This document shows positions 17,274 to 26,933 of a stretch of DNA of 64,000 bases, piece after piece. Position numbers and translations under genes: made by a program. The DNA comes from an uncultured Acidobacteriaceae bacterium. Lineage in GTDB: Bacteria > Acidobacteriota > Terriglobia > Terriglobales > Acidobacteriaceae. The notes under the pieces are model-generated. The model had not been told where the DNA came from, ran no database searches, and saw only the letters and a program-made list of their open reading frames with translations. The DNA lies in NCBI GenBank assembly GCA_963846245.1, contig CAWJVI010000014.1, positions 100,431 through 164,430 on the forward strand, in the 5' to 3' direction. Each line of letters starts with the position of its first letter. Within the stretch, counting starts at the first letter, position 1.

Positions 17274-18959
17274 TTGGCACTCGACGACGAAATCTACGGA
17301 CTGCGGCTCGAGAAACTGAAACAGATTGAGGCCCTCGGCCAGCCCACGTACCGCAGTCAATACGAGTTCACGCACACCGTCCCGCAGATTCTGGATGAAT
17401 ATTTGCCGAAGACGGCGGAGCAACTCGAAGCCCCGCGCGTCAACTTGCGCGTGGCCGGACGCCTCATGGCCATCCGCCTCATGGGCAAAGCCGGGTTCGC
17501 CCATCTGCAGCAGGGCGGACAGAAGTTGCAGATTTACGTTAAGAAAGATGCAGTCGGGGATAAGGGTTTCGAGTTGTACAAGTTACTCGACATCGGCGAC
17601 CACATTGGCGTCAGCGGCTACCTGTTCCGAACGCGCACCGGCGAACTCACCGTGCATGTCGAGGACATCGCCTTCCTTAGCAAGGATTTGCTGCCGCTGC
17701 CTGTGGGCAAGGCAATCGAAGCTGATGCTACTACCTCTGGCCCCGCCGAGAGATGGCACGGGTTCGCGGACGTCGAACTGCGCTACCGGCAACGCTACGT
17801 CGATCTCGTCGTCAATCCCGAGGTACGCGAAGTTTTCCTGAAGCGCAGCAAGCTGGTGCAGTCGATGCGCCGCACACTGGACTCGCATGGATTCATCGAG
17901 GTCGAAACCCCGATGATGCAGCCGATCGCGGGCGGCGCTGTCGCGCGACCATTCGTCACGCATCACAACACGCTCGACATGGATTTATACCTGCGCATCG
18001 CGCCCGAACTTTATCTCAAGCGGCTGGTGGTGGGCGGATTCGATCGCGTCTACGAAATCAACCGCAACTTCCGCAATGAGGGCCTGGGCTGGCGCTGGAA
18101 TCCCGAGTTCACCATGCTCGAGTTCTACCAGGCTTATACCGATTATCAAGGAGTGATGGACCTGACACAGGAAATCATCACCCAGGCGGCGAGGGACGTG
18201 AACGGCACCACGAAGGCAAAATGGGGCGATCAGGAAATCGACTGGGCAAACTGGACGCGCATGACGATGCGTGAGGCGATCATTCATTATTGGCCCGAAG
18301 CTGCGGGAGCAAAACCCAGCCTAACGGACTTCTCTGAAATCGACGCTTTCCTGCAGCGCCTTAAATCCGCAGTGGCATCGCTCCAACAAGCCATGAGCAA
18401 CGAGCCTGATACCGCGGCTGGAGTGGAAGGACGAGTGCGCTTGACCGCCCGCAAAGTGAGCTTCGGTAATATTGTGCACGCACTAGAAACGGGCGCAAGC
18501 CTCGGTCAAAGCATCGCCAGTTTGTTCGAGGCCGTCGCCGAGGAGCACCTAACTCAGCCCACGATCATCTATGAGTTCCCTACCGCGGTCTCGCCGCTCT
18601 CCAAGCAGAAGCCGGATGAGCCCGAGTGGACTGAGCGCTGGGAAATCTATGCCGGGCAGATGGAAATTTCCAACGGCTTCAGCGAACTCAACGATCCCGA
18701 AGACCAGCGTCGCCGTTTTGAATCGCAGTTGCAGGAGCGCGAGCGCGGCGACGACGAGGCCCACCAGATGGATGAAGACTACATTCGCGCGCTATCTTAC
18801 GGGATGCCTCCGGCCGGAGGCGTGGGCGTAGGCGTTGATCGCCTGTGCATGCTGCTGACCGATTCACACACTATCCGCGACGTAATTCTGTTTCCTCTGC
18901 TGAGGCCGGAGAAAAGCTCAACCACAGAAGACACAGGGGAAGCACAAGAAAAGCCTTAA
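17274..18959 (+). CDS. lysS: Lysine--tRNA ligase (class II), long form
   Basis: 561 aa with a TTG start. It has an OB anticodon-binding domain and class II motifs (FIEVETPMMQPIAGGAVARPF, YEINRNFRNEG, GVGVGVDRLCMLL), plus an insertion in the catalytic domain. Confidence 0.93.
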   Translation: MALDDEIYGLRLEKLKQIEALGQPTYRSQYEFTHTVPQILDEYLPKTAEQLEAPRVNLRVAGRLMAIRLMGKAGFAHLQQGGQKLQIYVKKDAVGDKGFELYKLLDIGDHIGVSGYLFRTRTGELTVHVEDIAFLSKDLLPLPVGKAIEADATTSGPAERWHGFADVELRYRQRYVDLVVNPEVREVFLKRSKLVQSMRRTLDSHGFIEVETPMMQPIAGGAVARPFVTHHNTLDMDLYLRIAPELYLKRLVVGGFDRVYEINRNFRNEGLGWRWNPEFTMLEFYQAYTDYQGVMDLTQEIITQAARDVNGTTKAKWGDQEIDWANWTRMTMREAIIHYWPEAAGAKPSLTDFSEIDAFLQRLKSAVASLQQAMSNEPDTAAGVEGRVRLTARKVSFGNIVHALETGASLGQSIASLFEAVAEEHLTQPTIIYEFPTAVSPLSKQKPDEPEWTERWEIYAGQMEISNGFSELNDPEDQRRRFESQLQERERGDDEAHQMDEDYIRALSYGMPPAGGVGVGVDRLCMLLTDSHTIRDVILFPLLRPEKSSTTEDTGEAQEKP

Positions 18960-19148
18960 CTCCTTTGAGAGTAAGCTTCTCCGTATTAAGCTTGCGGGTA
19001 TTAACCTGCGAGTACCCTACTATGCACTAGGAATGGTGCAGTGGCATTTCTATACTTTTCTCATCAGTTTGGGTCCATCAAGGGCAGCGCTGCCGTAGCG
19101 TCCGTGGAATTTCTGGACACTGGGTCGGTGGCGCTTTGCTTTTCACAT

Positions 19149-19580
19149 CTATTTCGAGGGCTTTCCTGGGCTTCTTTCGGACGTGCCTTTGTCAGCAGCC
19201 GTCCGCGGCGCCTCATATGCAGGCCGATCTGGGCTAAAGTTCGTACTCAAGTAATCGACCAGCGCGTCGTGATCGTTGGCGTCGACCACCGCGCCCCACT
19301 TCACCATCTTGTCCACTTCCTTCGTCCATGCGCCCTTGCTCAGTCTTTGCTGCAGGATGATGCGCGCCTCGTGACATTCCAGACACGCGGTCGTGGCCTT
19401 GGCCTGCATCGCTCCCGGCGGCAAATCCTCTGTAACCTTGGCCGGTAGTGGCTTCCCGGATAATGCCCAGAAGGGTATTGCCGTTGCAATCATAACCATA
19501 ATTGCAATACCCCCCGCGAGCACGCCCGGGACAAAACAATATTCTCGCTGCTTTGCCCTTCCCCACGGATTACGCGACAT
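19149..19580 (-). CDS. Membrane-anchored monoheme c-type cytochrome (SorB-like partner)
   Basis: 143 aa with an N-terminal TM helix, a single CLECH heme-binding motif and a downstream Met (KMVKWG). It overlaps the upstream molybdoenzyme gene by 11 nt. Confidence 0.7.
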   Translation of the reverse strand: MSRNPWGRAKQREYCFVPGVLAGGIAIMVMIATAIPFWALSGKPLPAKVTEDLPPGAMQAKATTACLECHEARIILQQRLSKGAWTKEVDKMVKWGAVVDANDHDALVDYLSTNFSPDRPAYEAPRTAADKGTSERSPGKPSK

Positions 19581-20754
19581 GCACCTTCACCTGATCAACC
19601 GCGTTGTAAAGATAGCCGCCGGGATTCCAAACTGGAGCGGCGGGCTGAACCCGTCCTTGAGAATCCGTAGCGCGCGACAGTATCGCATAGTCGCCACCTT
19701 TGGCCTTCCACTCATAGTTCCACAAACGCCAGGCGTAATGGGCTTTCTCGTTGCCAAGGTTTGCGGGAGCCCATGTCGAGCCCCCATCGGTCGAGACTTC
19801 CACCTTCACCACGTCCGCCTCGCCTGCCCAAGCAGCGCCGTGCACGACGACTTTCCCAGCCTTCACGTTCGCGGCGTCGCCGGGACCCGCGATCACCGAC
19901 TTCACGCCCAGTGCAGTCAACGGATGCGCATCTTCCGGCTTCACCGCATCGCCCGGTTTTCCGGGCTGGTTAGGAAAACGGTATCCCGGACTCATAAAGT
20001 TTCCGACGAACTCGTTCTCCAGCACTTTGATCTCGGTGAGCCACTTGCACGAGGCGGCACCAATCCAGCCGGGAACCAGGGCGCGCGCGGGATAGCCGTG
20101 ATGCCTGGTGAGCGCCGCGCCGTTCATGTGCGTAGCAATCAAAGTGTCGGAGTCCAGCGCCTTTTCGATGGGGATGCTGCGAATAAAAGGCGGAACTTTT
20201 CCCGGAACTTCATCGAGCCCGCGGAACATCACATGCTTGCCGCTGGGCTTCACTCCCGCGCGCTGCAGGAGGTCGCGCAGTCGAGGACCGGCAAACCGCG
20301 CCGTGCTCACCGCGCCCTTGCCCCACTGGATGCCGGGAACCTGCGGCCGTTGCAGGCTTCGCCCATTGCCCGCGCATTCCAGCGTGTTGACCACGGCGTG
20401 CGTCTCGAAATTTGAAAGGTCCGCAAACTTTAAGGTGAGTGGCCTTTCGACCTCGCCGCCAATGTTCAGTCTCCAGTCGTCCGCGTTGAGTTCGCTCGGT
20501 TCGTGCATGTGGTTGCGCACGAAGAAATGAGGAACGGGCGTGAGCCAGCTGTTGAAATACTCGACTGGAGTTTCCAGGTCCACGAAACGGAACGACCGCA
20601 GAATCATCCCGTCTTCGCCGGGAACCTCTATGCCCCGCTCTTGCGGCAACGGAAGTGCCCACGTCAGCATAGCGGGCGCTGCAGCTGCCGCCAGAGCTGC
20701 ACTCGAGACTTGCTTCAGAAATTCGCGTCTCGAACTCATGAGATCGTCAAACAC
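19570..20754 (-). CDS. Sulfite-oxidase-family molybdopterin oxidoreductase (SorA-like), Tat-exported
   Basis: 394 aa. It has a twin-arginine signal SRREFLK, the Mo-ligand Cys region TLECAGNGR, and a C-terminal Ig-like dimerisation domain. Confidence 0.85.
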   Translation of the reverse strand: MFDDLMSSRREFLKQVSSAALAAAAAPAMLTWALPLPQERGIEVPGEDGMILRSFRFVDLETPVEYFNSWLTPVPHFFVRNHMHEPSELNADDWRLNIGGEVERPLTLKFADLSNFETHAVVNTLECAGNGRSLQRPQVPGIQWGKGAVSTARFAGPRLRDLLQRAGVKPSGKHVMFRGLDEVPGKVPPFIRSIPIEKALDSDTLIATHMNGAALTRHHGYPARALVPGWIGAASCKWLTEIKVLENEFVGNFMSPGYRFPNQPGKPGDAVKPEDAHPLTALGVKSVIAGPGDAANVKAGKVVVHGAAWAGEADVVKVEVSTDGGSTWAPANLGNEKAHYAWRLWNYEWKAKGGDYAILSRATDSQGRVQPAAPVWNPGGYLYNAVDQVKVHVA

Positions 20755-20787
20755 ACTTCACCTGCGCATAATAATAGGGAGACTTTT

Positions 20788-21294
20788 TCACTCACCCTTG
20801 CTGCCGCCAACCACCATGGGCAGAACGCTGCCCGATTCCTTCTTAGGTGTACGCTGCCGCTTGGAGCCTTTGCTCGAGCGCGGACCGGGATCTACAATCA
20901 AATCCGCCAGGGTCGTGTGTTCGAGGATCTTCGCTGCGGCGTCACGCACGTCCAGAAAAACCTGGTACAGCGCCCGGTGCGGCAGGTCGCGACCGATCAG
21001 CACGCGCAGTTGTTCGGCATCGCCGAAGGGCGCGAGCGGTCCGTCAATCAGGCGGATGATTTCACTCAACCGAATCTCGCCGGGTTCGCGCCGCAGCTGG
21101 TAGCCGCCCTTGGCCCCGCGCACGCTCTCCACCATCCGCGCGTTCTTCAACTCCAGCAGAATCAGTTCCAGAAACTTCTCCGGCAGATCCTCTTCGTAGG
21201 CAATGTCCCGGATCTTGATGGCGCCCTGGTGGTGATGGCGAGCCAGCATCATCATGGCCTGCAGCGCGTACAGTCCTTTTTGCGAGATCTTCAT
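20788..21294 (-). CDS. Rrf2-family transcriptional regulator (no cysteines)
   Basis: 168 aa with the N-terminal wHTH MKISQKGLYALQAMMMLA...GGYQL. No Cys is present, so there is no Fe-S ligand set. Confidence 0.85.
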   Translation of the reverse strand: MKISQKGLYALQAMMMLARHHHQGAIKIRDIAYEEDLPEKFLELILLELKNARMVESVRGAKGGYQLRREPGEIRLSEIIRLIDGPLAPFGDAEQLRVLIGRDLPHRALYQVFLDVRDAAAKILEHTTLADLIVDPGPRSSKGSKRQRTPKKESGSVLPMVVGGSKGE

Positions 21295-21523
21295 AAGGCT
21301 TCCGATTTTCCCATAAATACGACTAACTAGCTAGACTTTATCAACCCGCAGGACGATGCATTCCGGCGACCCATCTCTGGGCTCGGCGTTCTCGAATCCA
21401 CTTTGAATTGAATGACTTGGCAGCGGCCGGGGGCGGCTCCAATCGCACCGCTGTGAACCAGTTTGCAGTTTTTGGGATGAAGGAGTTCCGTCACAAATCG
21501 CGCCCGCTCCACAATTCGGCGCG

Positions 21524-22294
21524 TCAGTCCGTCTCCGCTCCTACGCGGATCACCTGCACCGTAATGTTGTCGGGACCGCCTCGTTCCAGGGCCTTGTTCA
21601 CCAGCGCCCGGCAACACTTCTCTGGGTCGAATTCGTTGACTGCACTCACGATCTCGCGTTCGTTCACCACTCCCCATAGGCCGTCAGTGCACAGAACCAG
21701 CGTGTCGCTTGCCTGCAAGGGAACCGGCTGCTGCGAGACGTCAGCCGCCACTTCGTTTCCCGATCCCAGGGCAGCCGTAAGGATGTGCCGTTGCGGATGC
21801 GATTCCGCATCTTCGGGGCGCACGATCCCGTTCTCCACCAAACGTCCCACATAAGAGTGGTCGCGGGTAAGCCGTGAAAGCACGGACCCACGGATCAGAT
21901 AAAGCCGGCTGTCGCCAACGTGGGCAAAGTAAAGCTCATGCCCACGAATCACCAAAGCCGTGCACGTAGTCCCCATCCCGCGGAGTTCGGGATGCGTCTC
22001 CGCGTAGCTCTGGATGCGCTCGTGCGCCGACGCAAACGCTTTGACGAGGGCCAGATGAGGACTGCTCTCGAACGCCTTGTCGTAGACCTCCCGGACGGTT
22101 TCCACTGCCAGGCGGCTGGCCTCCTGCCCGCCTTCATAGCCACCCATGCCATCCGCAATTACAGCCAGTCGGCCTTTGCGAAGAAATTCGGCTTTGTCCT
22201 GCGGCTCCCAATACAGACAGGAATCCTCATTATTTTCCCGTTGGCGGCCAACATCTGTTAGACACGCCACTTCCATCCCCGGTTTTACGTCCAT
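21524..22294 (-). CDS. PP2C-family Ser/Thr protein phosphatase
   Basis: Motifs TDVGRQRENNEDS, IADGMGGYEGG and LCTDGLW. The start is uncertain (ATGs at 22309, 22294 and 22276; the ORF opens at 22381). Confidence 0.88.
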   Translation of the reverse strand: MDVKPGMEVACLTDVGRQRENNEDSCLYWEPQDKAEFLRKGRLAVIADGMGGYEGGQEASRLAVETVREVYDKAFESSPHLALVKAFASAHERIQSYAETHPELRGMGTTCTALVIRGHELYFAHVGDSRLYLIRGSVLSRLTRDHSYVGRLVENGIVRPEDAESHPQRHILTAALGSGNEVAADVSQQPVPLQASDTLVLCTDGLWGVVNEREIVSAVNEFDPEKCCRALVNKALERGGPDNITVQVIRVGAETD

Positions 22295-22493
22295 GCAGTG
22301 AATCACCATCGGACCCAAAAAAGCGCAACTCGGAATCCCACGCACCGGGTTTGAGCTTCGGTCCGGGCAAGGCTTGGTCATTCTAATGCAAACCGGCTGA
22401 ACAGACGATAGAAACTAAAGAGAGTGTGGTGGTTCGTTCCGTGGATCGGTCAGTGGATCGCTGGCCCTTCTCGCGAGGCCGGCAAACAGTCCT

Positions 22494-22892
22494 ATGAAGA
22501 TCCTTCTGGTGGAAGACAGCAAGTTCCTGAGGTTGTCCACAGAGCGCGCCATGGTCCGTGCCGGTTACGAGGTGACCAGCGCAGCTGACGGCGAAGAGGG
22601 TTTGCGCCTGGCGCGCGAGAATCTTCCCGATCTCATTCTCTTGGACATTATGCTGCCGAAACTCAGCGGTCCCGACGTGCTGAAGGCGCTGAAACTTGAT
22701 CCCGCGACAGCAGCGATTCCGGTGGTCGTGATGAGCGGCCTCTCGCAGAAGAATGCCGCAAGACTCGAAAAGGACGGCGCATTCGCCTTCCTGGAAAAAT
22801 CAGAACTCGCGCTGGATCAGGGCCCCGAACCTTTGTTGCTGAAGCTCGAGAGCATCAAGAAGCAGCTCGCCGCGGCCGTCGGGCGGAAGTAG
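22494..22892 (+). CDS. Single-domain response regulator (CheY-like)
   Basis: 132 aa with ILLVEDS, LILLDIMLP (phospho-acceptor Asp) and VVVMSG. Confidence 0.88.
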   Translation: MKILLVEDSKFLRLSTERAMVRAGYEVTSAADGEEGLRLARENLPDLILLDIMLPKLSGPDVLKALKLDPATAAIPVVVMSGLSQKNAARLEKDGAFAFLEKSELALDQGPEPLLLKLESIKKQLAAAVGRK

Positions 22893-22992
22893 GAACCGTC
22901 AACGGTTGGTCCCGAGACCGAACCTCGAGGCCTGAAGTCCTCCCACAAGTTTCCGCTTTATCCGCACGGCCGAGCGAGTGGACGCTTCCCTG

Positions 22993-23199
22993 CTAAGGTC
23001 TGATTTCAGGACGCAGCAGCACGTTGGTCAGATTCGGGTCCAGCACCACCCGGTTCGTCCGTTGCATCATGCCCCAGTCATATTCGTAGGCGGTTCCGCA
23101 GAGCAGACATATCTGGTAGTGACGGTCGTTGGCGCCGATGCGCGGCCACGCAAACCGATGGATGCACCAGTTCCCGAGAAAGCGCTTCAGGATGTTCAT
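22993..23199 (-). CDS. Small Cys/His-containing protein, translationally coupled to the upstream response regulator
   Basis: About 68 aa starting at MNILKRF. Its ATG forms an ATGA overlap with the receiver gene stop. Possible metal ligands are WCIH ... CLLCG. Confidence 0.45.
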   Translation of the reverse strand: MNILKRFLGNWCIHRFAWPRIGANDRHYQICLLCGTAYEYDWGMMQRTNRVVLDPNLTNVLLRPEIRP

Positions 23200-23624
23200 T
23201 GCTTCGCCCCCTGATTGCGGTCTCTCCACAGATCAAGCCAACGGTGGAAGAAAGGTTTCGACCGCCCGTCGATCATATGCTGCAGGTTCGTCAGGAGTTT
23301 GGCTGTCGCTTGCGATTTGGTCAGGAACGCGTCCACGGCCTTCAATTTGTTTTCGGGAAGAGGCTCGTAGGCGGATAACATCATGATCGGGACGGTGGAT
23401 TTAATCCGCTTCATCTTCGCGGCCACCACGTCGCCGTTCATCCCAGGCATCTGGTAGTCGAGCACCACCGCATCCACGGTATTCGAGCGGAACAGCTTCA
23501 GCCCTTCGTCCCCGCCGCTCGCTTGCAGAACTTCATAGCCGTTTTTTTCCAGCAACATCTTCCGGCCAATCAGTCCATTCCAGTGGTCATCAATGCAGAG
23601 AATTTTTGTTTTTAGCCGAGACAT
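23196..23624 (-). CDS. Single-domain response regulator
   Basis: 142 aa with ILCIDDH, AVVLDYQMPGMNG and IMMLSAY. Confidence 0.85.
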   Translation of the reverse strand: MSRLKTKILCIDDHWNGLIGRKMLLEKNGYEVLQASGGDEGLKLFRSNTVDAVVLDYQMPGMNGDVVAAKMKRIKSTVPIMMLSAYEPLPENKLKAVDAFLTKSQATAKLLTNLQHMIDGRSKPFFHRWLDLWRDRNQGAKQ

Positions 23625-23879
23625 GACTACTCACTTCCAACTGGCCAGGGTGGGGTTAATGTCGGCGACGTGTTCCCAGGCAGGAAGCTTTTCATCGCTG
23701 CTCTTTTTTTGTCGCTCTTGAAGTGGCGTAGGTTGATTCTCACTATCTCGAGTACCGCTTTCAAATTACGAACGTGCAGTCGCGCAACAGTTACCGCGCA
23801 GCGAGTGCCGAGTTTGCGCGTGGCGGGATTTTCCTTGCCCGTGTTATCGTGTCACGCGCCACCGCTTCGGAGCGAACTC

Positions 23880-25103
23880 ATGAACACTGCCCCGCCTCCG
23901 CTCGCAGTCAATCCCACGTCGCAACCCCGCATCAACTCCATCGATCTCATCCGCGGCGCAGTGATGATCGTGATGGCCATCGACCACGTACGCGTCTATT
24001 CCGGTCTTCCCGCCGGAGGCCCGACCGCAGGAATCTTCTTCACCCGCTGGATCACCCACTTCTGTGCACCCGCATTCATTTTCCTGGCCGGGACCAGCAT
24101 CTTCCTTTACGCCCGCAAACATGTCGATGTGTCAAAGTATCTGCTGATCCGCGGCGCCTGGCTCATCTTTCTTGAACTCACGTTCCTCCGCGTCGCCTGG
24201 ACCTTCAATTTTGATTTCCGGCATTACGAACTGGCTGGCGTCATCTGGGTCATCGGCTGCTGCATGATCCTGATGGCCGGATTAGTAAAACTGCCATTGC
24301 CTGTGGTCGGCGCGATCGGCGTGATCATCATCGCCGCTCACAACCTGATGGATTCACACCTGGGCAAGCTGCTCGATGGCCTCGACCAGAATCCGCTCTC
24401 CGGTCTCTGGAAAATCATGTATGTCGGTTTTTTCGCCGGCCCGGTCCAGTTCGGTCCCAATGGACCTAACCTCACCGTGCTCTATTCGATCATTCCGTGG
24501 ATCGGCGTCATGGCCGCCGGCTACGCCTTCGGCAAAATTCTGACCTTCGAGCCCGCACGCAGAAAACGCGTGTGCCTGACCATCGGACTCTCTGCTATAG
24601 CACTCTTTCTGATCCTCCGCGGATTCAACCTCTACGGCGATCCGCGTCCCTGGCATGCTTCCGCCGTGGGACGCAACGGCGCCCCGCCCATGCCCGCGCT
24701 CTTTTCCTTTCTGAACACTGCGAAGTACCCGGCGTCGCTCGATTTCTTGTTGATGACGCTGGGTCCCATCATTACGCTGATCCCGTTGGTCGAAGGCCTC
24801 AACGGCGCCATCGCGCGCAGAATCATTCTTTTCGGTCGCGTCCCATTCTTCTACTACATGCTTCACGTCCCGTTGATTCATGCACTCGCCCTCATTGTGT
24901 CGAAGATCCGCCTCGGCTTCGTCAGCCCGTGGCTCTTCACGAACCATCCCATGGGTAATCCCGAACCGCCAGAAGGCTATGTCTGGAGTCTTCCACTTCT
25001 CTACCTGATCTGGGCGATCGCCATCTTCCTGCTCTATTTCGCCTGCCGTTGGTTTGCCGCTCTCAAGGCCCGGCGAAACGACTGGTGGCTCCAGTATCTC
25101 TAG
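23880..25103 (+). CDS. DUF1624-type membrane acyltransferase-like protein (heparan-alpha-glucosaminide N-acetyltransferase-like)
   Basis: Start at MNTAPPP. The motif RINSIDLIRGAVMIVMAIDHVRVY and about 10 TM segments are present. The family name is from memory. Confidence 0.6.
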   Translation: MNTAPPPLAVNPTSQPRINSIDLIRGAVMIVMAIDHVRVYSGLPAGGPTAGIFFTRWITHFCAPAFIFLAGTSIFLYARKHVDVSKYLLIRGAWLIFLELTFLRVAWTFNFDFRHYELAGVIWVIGCCMILMAGLVKLPLPVVGAIGVIIIAAHNLMDSHLGKLLDGLDQNPLSGLWKIMYVGFFAGPVQFGPNGPNLTVLYSIIPWIGVMAAGYAFGKILTFEPARRKRVCLTIGLSAIALFLILRGFNLYGDPRPWHASAVGRNGAPPMPALFSFLNTAKYPASLDFLLMTLGPIITLIPLVEGLNGAIARRIILFGRVPFFYYMLHVPLIHALALIVSKIRLGFVSPWLFTNHPMGNPEPPEGYVWSLPLLYLIWAIAIFLLYFACRWFAALKARRNDWWLQYL

Positions 25104-25418
25104 GCGCTCATGTAGAGACGGCCGCCTATTCAACTTCGCACAGGGCAGGCAACTTTTTCGCACATGCACCGGGAATGGTGCAAGTGCTCGGAATGGGCCG
25201 CCAGGGCCGAGCTGGCGGCGTTAAGGCCCTGTGTAAAACAGCGCGAGTAACGCTCTTATTATCAGCAACTTACGCGCGCCAGTTAAACCGATTTAGCGGC
25301 CTTGTGGAGCTCGCTCAAAACCACGCCTACCAATCCTCAGCCAACGGCCCTTCCCGCTTCCAGCGCACGCGCAAATCGCAATGCGAGGCATGTCTTGCGG
25401 CGGGCGGGTCATCAATAG

Positions 25419-25447
25419 GTGCGGCCGATTTGTGCGGCCGATTTGTG
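25419..25447. repeat. 13-bp tandem duplication (gtgcggccgattt x2, plus gtg)
   Basis: Read directly, inside the 540-bp non-coding gap 25104-25643. Confidence 0.85.
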
Positions 25448-25688
25448 AACCCACGGCAACTTTTGCCCGGCTCGAACCTCGCCGCCGATTCCCATTTCGG
25501 TCCAGCGAAACCTGCCCGAACCCCACGATTCCGCACGACGGTCCGTATTGACCATCTATCCAGAAGCCCGCAGCCGATAGTTGAACTATCTGGTTAGGTT
25601 CGAAAGCGTGGATCGAGAGAGCAGAAGTTCGGGAGGATAAAACATGTGGCAAGTCAAAACTGTGGCGCGCTGGACTCATAAGCTCGCC

Positions 25689-26126
25689 ATGCGCAGTCTG
25701 TTTCTGGCCGGCACGGCAACCTTGCTCGTCCCTTTGGCGCTAGCGCCAACCGCAAGTGCACAAATCAGCGTGGGCATCGGCATTCAGCCGGTCTGTTCCT
25801 ACGGCTATTACAACTATGCTCCGTACGGCTGCGCGCCCAGTGGTTTCTATGGGCCGGGCTATTTCTATAACGGTGTCTTTCTGGGCGTTGGTCCGTGGGC
25901 GAACTGGGGCTACGGCCACGGCTGGGGCGAACATCGCTTCAACGGCGCCAGAGGAGGCAGGTATGTCGGCGGCCGGGGAAACGGCCGCGCCTATGCAGGC
26001 AATCGTGGGCGTGGCCCAGCGGGAGCCCGCGGCCATGCCGTAGCAGGCCATGGTAACGCACCGCGTGGTGAGTCCCATGCCGCAGGGCACGGCGGAGGCG
26101 AACACCGCGGCGGCGAACACCGTTAA
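25689..26126 (+). CDS. Secreted Gly/Tyr-rich low-complexity protein
   Basis: Signal peptide MRSLFLAGTATLLVPLALAPTASA, then YGYYNYAPYGC...GPGYFYNG and a Gly/Arg/His-rich tail. It is followed by an intrinsic terminator. Confidence 0.5.
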   Translation: MRSLFLAGTATLLVPLALAPTASAQISVGIGIQPVCSYGYYNYAPYGCAPSGFYGPGYFYNGVFLGVGPWANWGYGHGWGEHRFNGARGGRYVGGRGNGRAYAGNRGRGPAGARGHAVAGHGNAPRGESHAAGHGGGEHRGGEHR

Positions 26127-26188
26127 CCAGCAGCTGCTGGCTTTGTCGTCGCATCGAAGATCGACGCATTAGCCCAATAAAGAACGAA

Positions 26189-26219
26189 AGCGGCGGAGCA
26201 TCCCAGCTCCGCCGTTTTT
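26189..26219 (+). terminator. Intrinsic terminator
   Basis: Stem cggcggagc, loop atccca, stem gctccgccg, followed by ttttt. Confidence 0.8.
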
Positions 26220-26302
26220 GCATTAGGCAGCAGTTCGGCGGGAGAGACTGAGTAAAATGTCTGACATCCGTCGGCGATGAGTCGGAACATGGAGGTCAGA
26301 CG

Positions 26303-26836
26303 ATGAAGGCAAATCCTACAGTCTTGGTTCTGCGTATCTTTGCTTTACTCGTCGTGGCTTCATTTTCAGCTTCAGCACAGCAGCCAACACAGAAAGATCC
26401 CTTACTTGATCATCTGGCCGGCAGTTGGATCCTTCAAGGCACTATTGCCGGACGCGAGACGACGCACGACATCGAATCCGAATGGGTGCTCGGCCACGAG
26501 TACCTGCGATTCCACGAAACATCGCGCGAGAAGAACGCCCAAGGTCAGCCCGCGTACGAAGCGATCGTCTTTATTGAATGGGACGAATCGTCGGGTGAAT
26601 ACAAGTGCCTGTGGCTCGACTCGACCGGCGGCGGCGGTCTCTCGGCCCCGATCGCCCAAGGCAAACGCGGCAATGACGAAATCACGTTCTTGTTCCGGGA
26701 CAAAGATGACAAGGACAGCGGCGTCCGCACCACGTTCGCCTACAGCAAAAGCGCCGACACCTGGAACTGGCTTATCGATAACAAAAGTGCCGGCAAACTA
26801 ACGTCTTTTGCGCGAGTAAAACTCACCAGGAAATAG
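26303..26836 (+). CDS. Secreted DUF1579-like protein
   Basis: 177 aa with signal peptide ...ASFSASAQ and the motif LLDHLAGSWILQG typical of DUF1579 (from memory). Confidence 0.45.
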   Translation: MKANPTVLVLRIFALLVVASFSASAQQPTQKDPLLDHLAGSWILQGTIAGRETTHDIESEWVLGHEYLRFHETSREKNAQGQPAYEAIVFIEWDESSGEYKCLWLDSTGGGGLSAPIAQGKRGNDEITFLFRDKDDKDSGVRTTFAYSKSADTWNWLIDNKSAGKLTSFARVKLTRK

Positions 26837-26933
26837 GAAATATAATGCGAACCTTGTTTAATGCGAATCTCGTTTAGGGCACCCTCGTGATGCAGCGGAA
26901 CTCGTTCTTCTTCCTCCAACTTCATCCGCCGAA

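Noticed and set aside
23670-23879. N-terminal extensions of several ORFs: 23670 for the DUF1624 gene, 39433 for treY, 46031 for the TonB receptor, 12149 for nuoH, and 10848 for nuoJ.
   Set aside because: The upstream parts are Arg-rich or overlap the preceding gene. Internal ATGs give typical N-termini, signal peptides, or stop/start overlaps with the neighbouring gene.
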